Assembly (NCBI GenBank): GCA_000934665.2
Contig: JYFJ02002802.1
Location: 1 to 50,590, forward strand
DNA length: 50,590 nucleotides
Direction of reading: 5' to 3'
From: Catajapyx aquilonaris
Lineage: Eukaryota
The position numbers were made by a program, and so were the translations under genes. The notes beneath the pieces are model-generated. The model did not search any database. It was not told the DNA's origin and worked only from the letters and a program-made list of their open reading frames with translations. Shown here one piece after another: positions 9,926-22,700 of the stretch. How positions within the stretch are numbered: position 1 is the stretch's first letter; each line of letters starts with the position of its first letter.

Positions 9926-12900
9926 GCTCAAATTATGGCGGAGCGGATGTATGCTGATCAGACATTGGAAGGATAGGAGCTGGATTCTAAGCCAAGTCGG
10001 TTCTGAAGAAGGTTTTAACTCGAGTAAGGAGTTTCATAAATCTTTCAATAGATATATGTGCATCTGTCCGCGGTGAGCCATCAGCAGTGTGCAGACATCT
10101 ATGTGAAACATACGTGGACATCTGCCAAATTTTGGAGGGGTTCACTAGTATTAAATGTATAAAAAATAATCCCTAAGCAGAATGTGAGCAATGGGTGCAC
10201 ACGCCCAAGTTACTGAATTAGTCCTAAAATCACGTCGCATTTAAGCAACGAGCCGTTGCAAAATCTCGGAAGAAAAAACAGTCAAAAAGCAATTCGTCAG
10301 TCGCTTATCTTGCCGACCAGAGATAAGATTCCGGGATTTATTGCCGCAACAAAAAAGTTCAGAATAGCTCTGCAAATAAAATAAGGACTTGGAGCCCTCC
10401 TTTTTTTAAAAGAAAAATATCTACTGCAAAGTGTCACGAGAGCTGCAACGGTTTCCTCAAGACTCACTTTTTGAATCTTAGTCGTAACTTCCAAGCCCTG
10501 CATAGCACGAGTAGGTTACGACCCATTGTTTGTCACCAAGAATAGTCTTCCAAAAAAAGTGAGGGTGTGGAGAGGAACCCAGTCCTAAATTTTGCCTTCC
10601 TATATTTTTGTTGTTGCTTTTCCGACCCCCCAGTTTTTTTTTAAAGAAAACTCTTGTCGACGCACAAACTTCCAACGTTTTCTGGACTACTTCATCACCG
10701 ACTCTTGGCATAAATTAATGTAACTTTTGCTGTCCCGACGCCTCCCAACCACTCTTTCCAAGCCTTTCTTTTTGAGGCAAAATACGCCTCTAATTTTATT
10801 CCATCTCCCTTATGTGCCATGCAAGTTTCCTTCACTCGCTACTTTTTTATCTAACAGTTTTTTTTTCTACCCTCCCTGAACCCTGAATGCGAAAGTGTGA
10901 TAAGTAGCTGCGGCCAAGTCAAGAAACAAGAGAGTATATCACCTCCTGTGCAACGTTGGCAAAGTCTGAGCTTTAAATGGAAAACCGGGTACAATCTCAA
11001 CTTTTTCGGAGAGGCGGGTTGGGGATGTGAAATACCACGGCATTTCCATACAGGGCTCATTTGCAGCCCGAATTAGGAACCGTGTCTGGAAGACATGGTT
11101 GACACACCCCCCGAAAAAGACGGAGAAAAAAAATTCCAAAGTGCCCATAACTCAAGATCGTCGGGGACCCTTTATCACAATTGCCCGCGTTAGAGCGTCC
11201 TCATTTCATAATGACGCAGATAACGTAGATGTAATAGCAAAGGCGTGATGTGGGTGGGTGAGCCGCCTGCAGAGAGAAAAAGAACAGCTGTCTGATGGTA
11301 ACGATCCGAGGGTTATTTGCACTATGAAAAAAAATTGGTGCAAGTACACGGTGTCAATACACTGGACATTGAATTATTTAGTCATACTCAAGCTGATTTC
11401 AAAAATAATAATTGATATTCGACTGGGACAGTTAATAATGATTGTAGGCAAATTTCAACATTTGTCCAAACAACACCGATCAATTGTTGTATTAAGTGAA
11501 ATTGTCTGGGCATTGTGCATATCTGGCCATATTGAATTTCAGACTGTTGACAGATCCATCCTGTTGCAATAATGTCAGGTACCAATGACTAGAATCCGGC
11601 CATTTTGAACTATACACAAAAAGACAGTGGAAATTGGTCTGATGGAAACAATTCCCCCACATCTCTTTTTTCCCCCTGCCCCCAGTGGCAACAGGCACAC
11701 CCAATGATCCCATTTCCCGATAGCCCCCATCGGGCAAAACACCAGGGCGACGCCTACCTTCCGTGGCCACAATAAATAGATCAAACCGGATATCCGCTCC
11801 GCCCATTGCTCCGAAAATGCAGCCAACTATTCAACACATGAGGGTGGAAACTACTAGTCTCATTGCCAAATACGGCAACTCTGGATCGTTGTCTGGCCCC
11901 CTACTAGACGAGGGGAACCTTCTTCCATACTAAACTTGCCTCCCCCTCCCCTCCCCTCCCTTACACCATATATATAGTCCAATCTGGCCAATAGGGGAAC
12001 GCCTGAGATAATTTTTCATATTGCTCCCCTAAGACTCGGAATCTGATGCAATCAGTGGGTTTTCTTAGGGGTGGCTGGCTGGTTCGATACCGTTCACTCT
12101 GGGCAGGAGTGAGATAGGTCCAGGAAGAAGCTGAGTTGGGTACTAAAACCATGCCCAACTCGCTGGGACATAACTTGACCAGAAATAATTTAAAACTAGA
12201 AAAACCCTCGACAGCGAACGAATGAATAGTTCTCCCTCCCAACCACCAGAGGCGGTGTCTCCACCCATTGCGCATGCGCGTAACGGGGCCAATCTGAAAC
12301 GTCGCGGTAGCAATATGAGGCGGTACTACAGATAATAATTCACACGTTCCACTTGGTCATGATTCAGATATTCGTCAACATCAATATTGTGTGGTCCAAA
12401 TCAAGATGCCGGATTTTTCCGGGCATAACATACACATCCCGCTATCACTTCCTGGACGTCGGATTGTCACTCAGGTTTCATCCGGAAAAAGCGTACAGGT
12501 TGCATTACCCCTACCCCCCCCCCCCNCCCCCCCCCCCTGCAAGATGAAAGCGCTCCAAAATGGCAGTTAAAATTCAATCACCAAGCCCGCATTTTGCGTG
12601 TCAGCCCGACAAAACGGCGACACTTGACATTTAATTGACACCCTACCGCACTCGATGCTCTGTACGTATTAGCGCTACTTCATGTCCCCAGAGTTGAGAG
12701 ACATCCAGGTTAAAGCGTATTGACACACTCACCTATAACCCTATCGCATGCTGGAAAACGTGGCAAGTGTTGACAGCTTGATCGTCATCCAATGGGAGGC
12801 CTCTGGTACAAAAAAAACTGTTGAAGTTTTTGATTCGTCCCGGACAGTCCCACACCAGCTTTGTGTCCCCTAAACTGACCTTCTCTGAACCTAGCGCAAC

Positions 12901-13190
12901 ACTGAACCCAATCCGGAGGAAATGCGATTAGGGGGAAAAGGCCATCCTATACACTGTCTGTCCTACTTGCTTCCACCCCTCCCCCCAACTCTCGTCTTGA
13001 ATTAGGAGAAACACCGTTGGCAGTTAATTAATTACTTTCTCAGGACAATCGGAGCCCTCCGGCACATCTTCCCTATTGTGAGGCAAGTTCAACAATGGGC
13101 GCCTGGAGATCGCAACAGTATTGATCTCGCCAAGAAGCAAACTTGACCATGGTGAGTCATACTAGAATAGTGGGACGAACGTGCACGGCC

Positions 13191-13280
13191 GTCTCCGAAC
13201 GCTTCCGACCGCATCCGATAAGTCCCGAGAATACCCGATCGCTTCCGACTGCGCCCGACTGCTTCCCATCGCGTCCAAGC
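13191..13280. repeat. Degenerate 10-bp-period tandem repeat (consensus about GCTTCCGACT), ~9 units
   Basis: Units: gtctccgaac/gcttccgacc/gcatccgata/agtcccgaga/atacccgatc/gcttccgact/gcgcccgact/gcttcccatc/gcgtccaagc. CCGA is in register in 7 consecutive units. Confidence 0.85.
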
Positions 13281-16200
13281 GCGATTGACCCCATTTGCTC
13301 GCAATTACATGTCGTGTTCTCTGATTCCGACATCTGCTACACGTCTTTTCCGCAAGCTACGCGTACGGACGCCGAAATCCCCGTCTCTCTCCATGAAAAG
13401 GGTTTAGTGGCCTCCTCGCCTGAGCTGCTTAGCAGTTGCCGAGTATCTGGAGCTCAGCAGAGTGCTTGGGCAAAATCGCACGACGTGTCATTAACACCAG
13501 GGGCAGAAAAGGTGTGGGAGAGACTCCTGGAAGTTGTAGCATAAAAGCTGGTTGGGGGGAGGAGGAAGGTTATAGAGCCCTCCCTAGAGCCAAGGGGGAC
13601 ACTCTACGAATCGATACTCTCTCACGTCTACCATGCAGAACATTGGATGCAAAGTGGGATGCAGCCATTCCAGGATAACACAACTGACCACTCGGCTTGA
13701 TTATGCCGGGTAAATGCCTCCTGGGAAAGAGCAGGGGGCGGATTCAATTCAAAGGGAGGGGATCTCGATGGTGGTATGGGTCAGAATCGGAGTGACCGCT
13801 GATAGAGACGGAAATCAATATGTCTCGTCCGACGTTAGATTGCACTATCGCTCGAGATCTAATGTGAGGTTAAGCGCATAAGGTACTATTGAGCCGGCCG
13901 ATGCCGACCGCTAATATTTTATGGGAATCGACAATAATGGCACACGCAGACTTATCTGTTACGTGTGCATGGTTATTTGCCTATTAGTGTGCCAGCACAT
14001 AGTACACATAGTTACAAGAGTGTCAACTGGTCCTACACCAATATTGCTATGCAGGTGACGAACTAGAAAACGGGTATTACGTTGATCTTAATTACAGTAG
14101 CGACGTCCATAAAAGACAGCATCTATCTAGACAGCTCTATTCCCGGGCGAGGAACTAAACTTGTTAAGTTTTAGGTAACTTAGAAGGGTTGGAGGGATGG
14201 TGGGGGGGATAAAGTCGGAATTTAATCACGCGACCGCCAACTCTTCGTCCCGATCAAAATACATAGGCGAAATGGGTGGGCTGACAGTTACGCTTCCTGC
14301 CTGCTGGGGATAATCCAATTACCTCTCTCTAGCCTCCGGGAGAAACGAATATATAGACCAACTATGGGCGCTTGCAATCGATGGCAGAATATGACGTCAG
14401 GAAATCTTTTTGCATAAAATTGTTGCGCATTAGCATGGTGGGGAAGGGGGGGGGGGGGTTAAGCAGGTTAATTCCAACTCCCTGGCAACCTCTAGGTCTA
14501 GAAAATTCCTTTTCCTTCCCTAATAGCCATCCGATCCCGCAGGAATCCAAGTCCATGGGGTTCCCATCCCTAATAGGCTTACATCCCATCTCTTGTCAGA
14601 CCAGATCCGGCCTCCACCACCCCATCAAAAAATAGCGGATTCAATACCACCACGAATATAATGGTATGCACACGGTGCCCAATTTCAGGACGACCCATAT
14701 GAAGGTCCATGCCCTTCCACCCTGCTGATCACTGCAATTACCACTCTAGAGGTCAAAGTTCGTTCAACCGAAGCCTTCCCCGGTAATTGCAGCACACTTC
14801 CGGAATGACCCTCCCAATTTTCTTACGCAGGATCATTACTTTGACTTGCCGAGGACCCCTATTGTTTCAAAGTGGGCGGGCAGGCAAATTTTCTTGTTTT
14901 TTTGCGATGATGGCCGGATGGACGGTTGCCCACCGATGCGTTCGACGTGGTGGGTATAAAGGAGCCTAGGTGGTGTGTGTGCGATGGGTAGGTGTCACGC
15001 CTGCTTCCCAGATTACATCGGTGAAGTAATTTTACGCCGGCTTTACGGCCAACACCTTCCCACCGGCTCATAAAAGGAGACGGGGACTTTGCCTTTTTTG
15101 ACCCCCATGAATATACGGTAGGTCCAGGTATGACGCTAGGCCTATTGAGACCACGTGGAGCTAGGCCTACTAGCTCCTTGTGTACACCTCCCAGCAAAAA
15201 TCCAGGTAAATGACTTCCTTTCCAGGGTGGGGCTAGCTAATTGTGATTTCCATCGATTGAACCCTCCCTCCCCATACCCCATTTGGGTGGGTGGGTTTGG
15301 GTGGCAGGCTAGGGAGAGGGCATAATGACTTCACATCCGCTCCGCCAATTTCGATTCGCGGTGGGAAGAACAGCGCTTTCCCGTCAACGGATACAAAACC
15401 CACTCCATGCATCTTCCTGACAGGTCCCCGTCCCTGGGATTCACAATGGACTTTTTGTGAGGGTAGGAAAAGTAGTAGGGTGAGGAGGAGGGGGGTAGGA
15501 CGCACACCATCTCTCTGATTGGAGGGAGGACCACGCCCTGAAACCCATTTCCGGTCAGCAAGTACCGGTGGATGCGAGTGTGGTCGCGTGACTCCCGGAG
15601 ACGATCCGATCTGTCATGGTTAAAGTGGCGGGGTTCACATGGGCGTCGTTGTCTTTTTGAGTTGTTGGGATTTTGATTTCTCTGAGATCGATATGTAATG
15701 GACCTAATGCTCAATAAATCAAATATCGTAAATCGATATAACAAATATTTACAGACACAATTGGACGTCACGAATATTTTTGATATATCACAATTTTAAG
15801 AATATTTTTTTTAAAAGTTATATTTAGATTGTTTTAAGATTTGAAGGCAACAATGTTGACGTCTTAAGACCATATAGATTCTAAATGCTGCGGCATTGAA
15901 CACAAACTGCTGAATGGTGCTGATTGGTGAACCCACTCGTCAACAACTTAAGACAGCGATCCCAGTATGAACCTGGTGGGATCCGCACAGTGAGATCAAT
16001 ACGCTTTTTATCCGTAAAACTGAGAAGTGATGGACGCCCGTTAATGCAGCATCCGCACCATTATTCACATTCGTATTCACATGAGCAAACGTGATGGATT
16101 TTCCTGTTAAGGGACAGGCACTTCCCTCCAATGATTAAAGCATGTAATTTTGCATTAATCAATCCCCGATCTCTCTCCCTCGTTATGGACCGTTGAAGAA

Positions 16201-16574
16201 GAGCTAGGGGGGATGGGCTCAGACTGGGAGGGTTAGATAGATTCGAAAAAACGAATAAAGAAAAGAAAGAAAATAAACGTAAAAAGAAGGAAAGGGAGGC
16301 AAAATCGTAACTAGCGGAACACTGTAGAGAAACAAGGCATTAAACTTTTAGTTAATTGCCGTTTCGCTCTATCAATATTCAGCAAGCTTTCCGCATTCCT
16401 GCTTTTAGTTCAAATTATCCACCGGAGGAAATGCTGCGTGTAACGTCCCTCAAGGCAAAACGGAAGCCACAAACTTGTATTTTCCCGTACTTATCATTCG
16501 ACGTTGGAATTCCTCCGACCAACAGCAACAACAGACTTAAAAAAGTTTTTTTCCCCCCCAAAATCGGATAGCGG

Positions 16575-16726
16575 CAATATTTGTGGGCGGCAACCATTGT
16601 GCTTGGCCCACCCCTTGATAGGGAAACGCAATATTGTGTTGCCGAGTTTGGAGTAGCAATTCCGGTCCTTCGAGGAAAGAAACAATATCTTGTTGTCGGG
16701 AAAGGAGAGAAGCAATTCCAGTCCCT
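16575..16726. repeat. Degenerate 54-bp tandem repeat, 2-3 units
   Basis: CAATAT occurs at 16575, 16629 and 16683. Units 2 and 3 share about 32 of 44 aligned positions, including AGCAATTCC-GTCC. Confidence 0.6.
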
Positions 16727-19700
16727 GTCAAATGAATGTCAACTCGGAACATTGCGACTTGATAAGCGCCGAATCGATATTCAAGTCCTGTCCTCTTTTT
16801 TTATATATATATTCCGTCTGCTTGTCTTCACACTCCGGTTTTTTTTATCGCCTATATTATGGAGGATTCTTACTCCCCGATTTGCTTGGAGAAAGTAAGT
16901 CTGATTTTTCGACAGGGTGTTGACGAAATCTCAGCGAAATTCTACGAATTCTGTGAATGAACTTTCAGGTATGCTATTTATTTACGAAAAAAATCGCAGA
17001 ATACGATATGAATAATCTCTCCTGCCACGTTTGTCAGATTGTGTTAAAACCGGTTGAAAAGCAAATAAACCGACCTAAAATTTCCCGGTAAGTCAGAAAT
17101 GTGCCGATAAGCTTCAAGTCATGGGAAAGTACAATCAGACGAACCTTGACCATTCTTTACCCAACCATTTCCTCCCGTCCTCCCCATATCTAGAGACCCA
17201 GTGCGTCATTGTAGTCTACGGTCATAAATCTACTTGGTCTTATCGACACGTATGAAAAGCATGCCTTTTGTCGCTTCCTACATTTTCTAGCTACTAGCAA
17301 AACGGGTAAAGGTTTCCCTGGCCCTCTTTTGTGGCCTATGAAAATAAAGCGCTGTTCCGTCTCGGGGGCTACCATTGTATCTCGGTGCTGCTTCCACTTG
17401 GTTGACAGTATACAACTGTAGCAGTAAAAATAATTCATTGCAGTTGCATAATATACGGGCTAGCGAGGGGGGGAAGCGAAAATATACAAGGGGGGGAAAA
17501 CTGGTAGAAAAAAAATATTCCCAGTGAAGGAAGCCGCTTTTTGCCAGCAGATAAACATTTGCGGACGGTTTTGTAATGTTTGCTTTTGGTTGACTAGCTA
17601 GGTGTTACTGGTTATTTACATGCCCCTCCTCTCTTTTTTTGTATATTCAATCCCATGCAGGGTAACTGGTGACATTTTTGCCCCTATCCCCAGGTAAACA
17701 ATGTTCCATTGTGCTCGGATTAGTGTGTTCGTTTTGCTTAAAAAGTATGCACAAAGAGCCACCAACATATCGGTACATGCCCCGCTAATTTTGAATTAGA
17801 CATTCCCTCCCTAACCCTGTATGCTCCCCCCCCCCCNCCCCCCCCTCAAAAAAAAAAGTCTGCAGAAATTCTCCAAAAAAGCACAATCCCTCTAGCTGAT
17901 GAGCTCTTGGACTGCCAACACGGCGCACGGAAAATGCCTGCTTACCCATAAACCTCCCTTCAAATTAAAAACCCGGGGATCACACAATCGATATTTTCCC
18001 GCCGGCTTTTTTTTTTTACCACCCACCCACCCACCATAGCTGCGCACTTGAAATGGGCGTCTATGGTATTAGTCGAGGCCCCCCCATAGTCAGTCCTGAC
18101 TTTCGGACTGAAAACGAATGCGATTTTTCCCAGGCCCAGTTTTAATAAGGACTTGGAGGTCAATAAAAAAAAATTCTTCAAGTAATTAGCAAATTTTTTC
18201 CGTGTGCAACTGACATGCTACATTTCGTCAGACTGCAGGGGGTCTTACGGTTTAAATCAGGTGACACGATTTTTCAATCAAGAAAAACCGTTCCAATCTT
18301 TTTTCCCAGAGCTGCTGATTCGTGGTGTATACGACGTAAGTATGCGACTTCAGCATATGCTTTTTGGTGAAACGAAGCGTGTAAGCAGGGGGGCATTAAT
18401 TAAAACGTTGCTAGCAAGCATTATATGTGTACTTAAATTACTGCTGAAATATTCGGATATTTTTATTCAAATTTACATGGGTCATTTAGTCTGTATGATT
18501 AATGATCCCACACTTATTGTAATTAAATTCCTCAATTAGTAACACATGATCTACGCAATTGCAATCCAAAAGAGAGACGTCGCTCAATTAAATAGCGTGA
18601 CGATGTTGAGTGAGAAATCCTGACCCCTTCTAATAATGAGTAATGATGGCCGGTGCAGGACCTCCTTTTGATACGGCCCTGATTACAAATTATCCAGGAG
18701 GTAAACGATACAAATCCCCGCGGTGCACGAATCCTCAGACAATCTTTCACACTATCTATCTATATACAAAAAAAAAAATCCCTGTGGGAAAAACCGTGTC
18801 CCCGTTAACAATCCGTTTTTTTGTTGTTTTTGTTGCGGTGTAGATTGAAGGTACAAAATGCGAGTGCGGAAATGTCAGTTTGGCAACTCCACCTTCACCT
18901 GATAAGGGTCGGGTACCTGGCGAAAATAATGGCAGGGGGGCGTCCTTTTTCGTGAGGTTCACGTGAAGGAGGGGGGGGAGGGGGTAGAAACTTGTTTACT
19001 TGGGCTGTCAGGTGAATCCCCAACATCTGCCAGGGGTGTGGCTATTCACCACCCACCACCCACTTAATATGGTTAAGTGTAAAAATTTATTTTCCACCTA
19101 GTAGTTCAGTACAAGTGAAATTGACATTTAACAGTTATTTTGACATATACCAGAAAAAATGTGAGGGTTTTTCAAGTTTAAAAATAATTTTGACAATGTA
19201 TGGACATATCAGGTGCGAATCTATCTGCTTTAAAAAAAAATCGCTTTAACTTTTTAATTGCTGAGAGCTCCCATTTTTTTTCCTCCAGCATGCAGATAGG
19301 TGGTATATAAAAAGGGAACTGAGCTGTGAACACGACTCTGCTCTTAGGGGCGTGGATATCAGGGCATCTCATCTCTTGTGGGAGATGTGTAATCGGTTAC
19401 TGGATGAGGAGGACCCGGGCCCAATCTCGTTCATCTTCATATTGCTCACTCTCTCACATGCTTTTTCCACGCTCAGGAGGAAACCACCTTTGGCGGAGAG
19501 GAAGAGGAAAAATGTTGGTCCAAAGAGCAGCATATCTAGAGGGTTATAGAATATGTGGGTGGTATATAACTTACGAGGTGAGGGCCGTCCAAAATTGGTC
19601 AGGCGAGTCCAATCTGCAAAGAGATGAGGAAGGATATTACTATTTGTCAAGAGAGACGAGTACAATGTGAGCCAAAAGTCACTTCAGAATCGTGAGGACG

Positions 19701-22700
19701 GGCGGGTACAACAATAGAACTGGTTTTGCCACACTCGGCTGGCGTGAGAATGAACTACATGCCCCCCCTTTTGCCAATTGAAAAAAAAAACTCAGTACAG
19801 GGTGTACACAAATATTTGTTTGAACAATGTAGAGCAAATGTCGGAACGGTTCTGTAATAAGAGAGGAGGATGCTTCGGGAGGAAATTGCAGTGAAAACAT
19901 TAGGTCCAAGTAATCACTGTCATTATTCAGTGCCGGAGGGGGCAATGCATGCAACGGCAACAGGGGGTATGTTCAATCTTAATTTGCCGTGCTTCCTCAT
20001 CACGGTCCTCGAGTCTCGTTCCTTTCACTGATTCGAGACTTGAACGCCAGAATGTCAGTCCAACTTTTCATAGACTCATATAATCCTTTGGGATCATGGC
20101 ACACATCCAGTTGCAAAATAAATTAGCGCATTAAATAAAAAAAGGGGGGGGGGGAGCAAACTTACAAGGAGCATTGGGAACCGCCCAAGTTTATCCTCAG
20201 GGCCTAAGGGTTTTCGCATGCATAAATTAGAAGGATAAGCCACCGCACTGTATTGCATTATATACCCAGTACATGCCTTGAATTACAAGTTGGCCCCTTT
20301 AAAAAAAAAGACGGTTCCTTTTGGCGGTTTTGTCAAACTGAAGCTGAAGATACCTTCTCTTTTTTGATTACATCTACCCGCTTTTTTTGGTTTTTTTTGT
20401 CGTTTTTTCCCCTCTCTGTGATACGAGAGGGCACTTAATTAACCTGAAATTTACGCATCGCAATTGCGCTTATCGAGGCAATAATTCACACTTTTATCGG
20501 GTGGTGCCTGGGATGTACGAGCCTGGAATTGGGATCTGCGCTGGAAAATATATAAAGACTGATTTAGCGGAAATTCGGCAAGCGTGATCCCTGGGTTTGG
20601 AGAGAGGGGTGGTGGGTATGGGGTATATGGGGGTATGGGAGGGAGAGAGAGAAAAAAAAACGCAAAACCAACCCACCACTCTCGCCGGAATTGAAGCTTG
20701 ATTTTCGGTCGATAACACACTCGCTGCGTAACACGCTGGCGTTTACTGGTAATAACCCCATAAGCATTCAATCACCAAAACCTAATAGGGGAAACCTGTT
20801 TGATTTCTGTCCGTGCAACGCGCGTCGCTACGTAGCCCAATCGAAAATGTCGAATTAATCCGTCCGACATGGGAATTGCACTATTTATGACGCATACCCC
20901 CCCACCCACCCAGCCTATTCTATTTTAATAACTAGTTCTCGCGCCGATTATACCTAGGAACAATGTTTGGATTTTCCTCTCTACCATCGGGCGAAAATTG
21001 CGAAAAACGCTTCCTCAATAAAGTTCTTTCATGCGAAAACGGCATTGTCACGATACGGCAGCATTGCGGCACAATCCATTTTTCCGGTCAAATCTGTATG
21101 TTCCGACTTGGTAGACGGGACCACTTTTTTTTCCATGAGCAGGTGAGAGCATGGTCGAAAATTGGGCAATTGTTTGCCGAAATGGTACAGGTGTGGTAGA
21201 GGATAGGAGAAGGGTTGCTGACAACGGGATGGGGCCGTGACCAAGTGGAAAATGCGATCACGGTGAGGCGTGACCATCCAGGTCAGGCAAGAAGGGGGCC
21301 GCTCCCAGAGAGTGAAGATCATTCAACGTGGCCCGATCCAGCGACTACACCCCCTTGACAAAGTGGCACGAATCAGGGTCCACGCACCTTATTTTTTTTA
21401 AGCATGTGTGCAACCATCTATTACCAAAAAGACAAGACGTCTCTCTTAACAGCGCCTCCAGCACAAAAAGCGGCTGAAATTTGAACTGACTGAAGTTGTT
21501 CGCCAATGTGACGTCACTGTTGTCCATCACAGGCGTTGACAGTGACATGAGTTGTCGCTTGCAAATTTACACCGGCGGCTACCGGTCTGCGGCATATCCG
21601 CTATTGTCTCGGGTGTTTTAGCGACGACGCCCTTAATAGCTAGCCCCGTACAAGGTGACCCATAAATCTTTACGAGGTACACACGCCCATCAGTGGCTCC
21701 GTCGTAGGTATATCCGAATTGGTATAATCTTAGATCTAATTTTACGAGCTCCATAGTTGAATAAAATGTGCGTCTGGTAAGTGTCGTGACAACCGGATTT
21801 TTGGAGAGAGGTAAAGCAGAGCCCTTGGGAAGCCCTGCATGTGTGTGGTTCGCTATAGGATGATGGCATGGTGAAGTCGAATGGGAAGGGGGGGAAAAGA
21901 CACCTCGGCATCTCCATAATCCCTTCCGAGTTCCGCCCCGGAACATTATTTCCAAGTTGGAGGACAGGCAAAGCCTGTTTATGCCCGGAACCCTTTTATA
22001 ATATTGTGAAAGCGCGAATTCTTGGCGGGATACGAGCGCTTAATACATAAAACGCTTCGAAATGGACACTTTCAGGATGAAGGAGACGGCTCCGAGCTTC
22101 CTTATTCCCCATTCGACATTCCGTGTTTCTTGGCGACGGCACAGCTCCAAGTGAGTAATAGCGTCTTGGCCCTTCTCCTCTTATACCATAAGCCTCAGTC
22201 CTAAAGACGCGTATATATTTTGCACATTAATGTTGCACCAGCCAAGGATTCCTTGGCCTGCGTAACCGCTTATTTTTTTTAAAAAGCGTACCGGCGGTAC
22301 CCCCCTCCACTAAAAGTGGATTAATGGATATGACGCGCGTACTCTTACGCACAACTTCCGGTTACGATTGCCCTTGGGCTACTAACTTGACGCACTGACG
22401 TCAAGTGGCGGTACCAAAAATATACCGGCCCGTTCATACTACGGGGCGGGTTCAACTTTGCGGGGGAAGGTGTGTGTATAACCTCCTTTTTCCTGCTGGC
22501 TTTGTACTGTACAATGCAGTTTGCATAAACGTATGGAAATGACCCCACACATGACACATTTGTTTTCCGGGGCGGTGTTAACATTGAAAAGGATATATTG
22601 TAATTATTCACGGCTGTCAGTTTTCACCTGCGTACATTTTTTTTTTACGGTTTCGTTACGTATGATTTCATATTGCGGGCAGGTTTGACCATGTAGTGAA

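Noticed and set aside
11586..11604. TGACTAGAATCC, resembling the miR-279 5' end
   Set aside because: No complementary arm on either side.
21527..21955. 142-aa minus-strand ORF with a protein-like stretch (YQFGYTYDGATDGRVYLVKIYG)
   Set aside because: No recognised domain or clear splice framing; BLASTP would be needed to rescue it.
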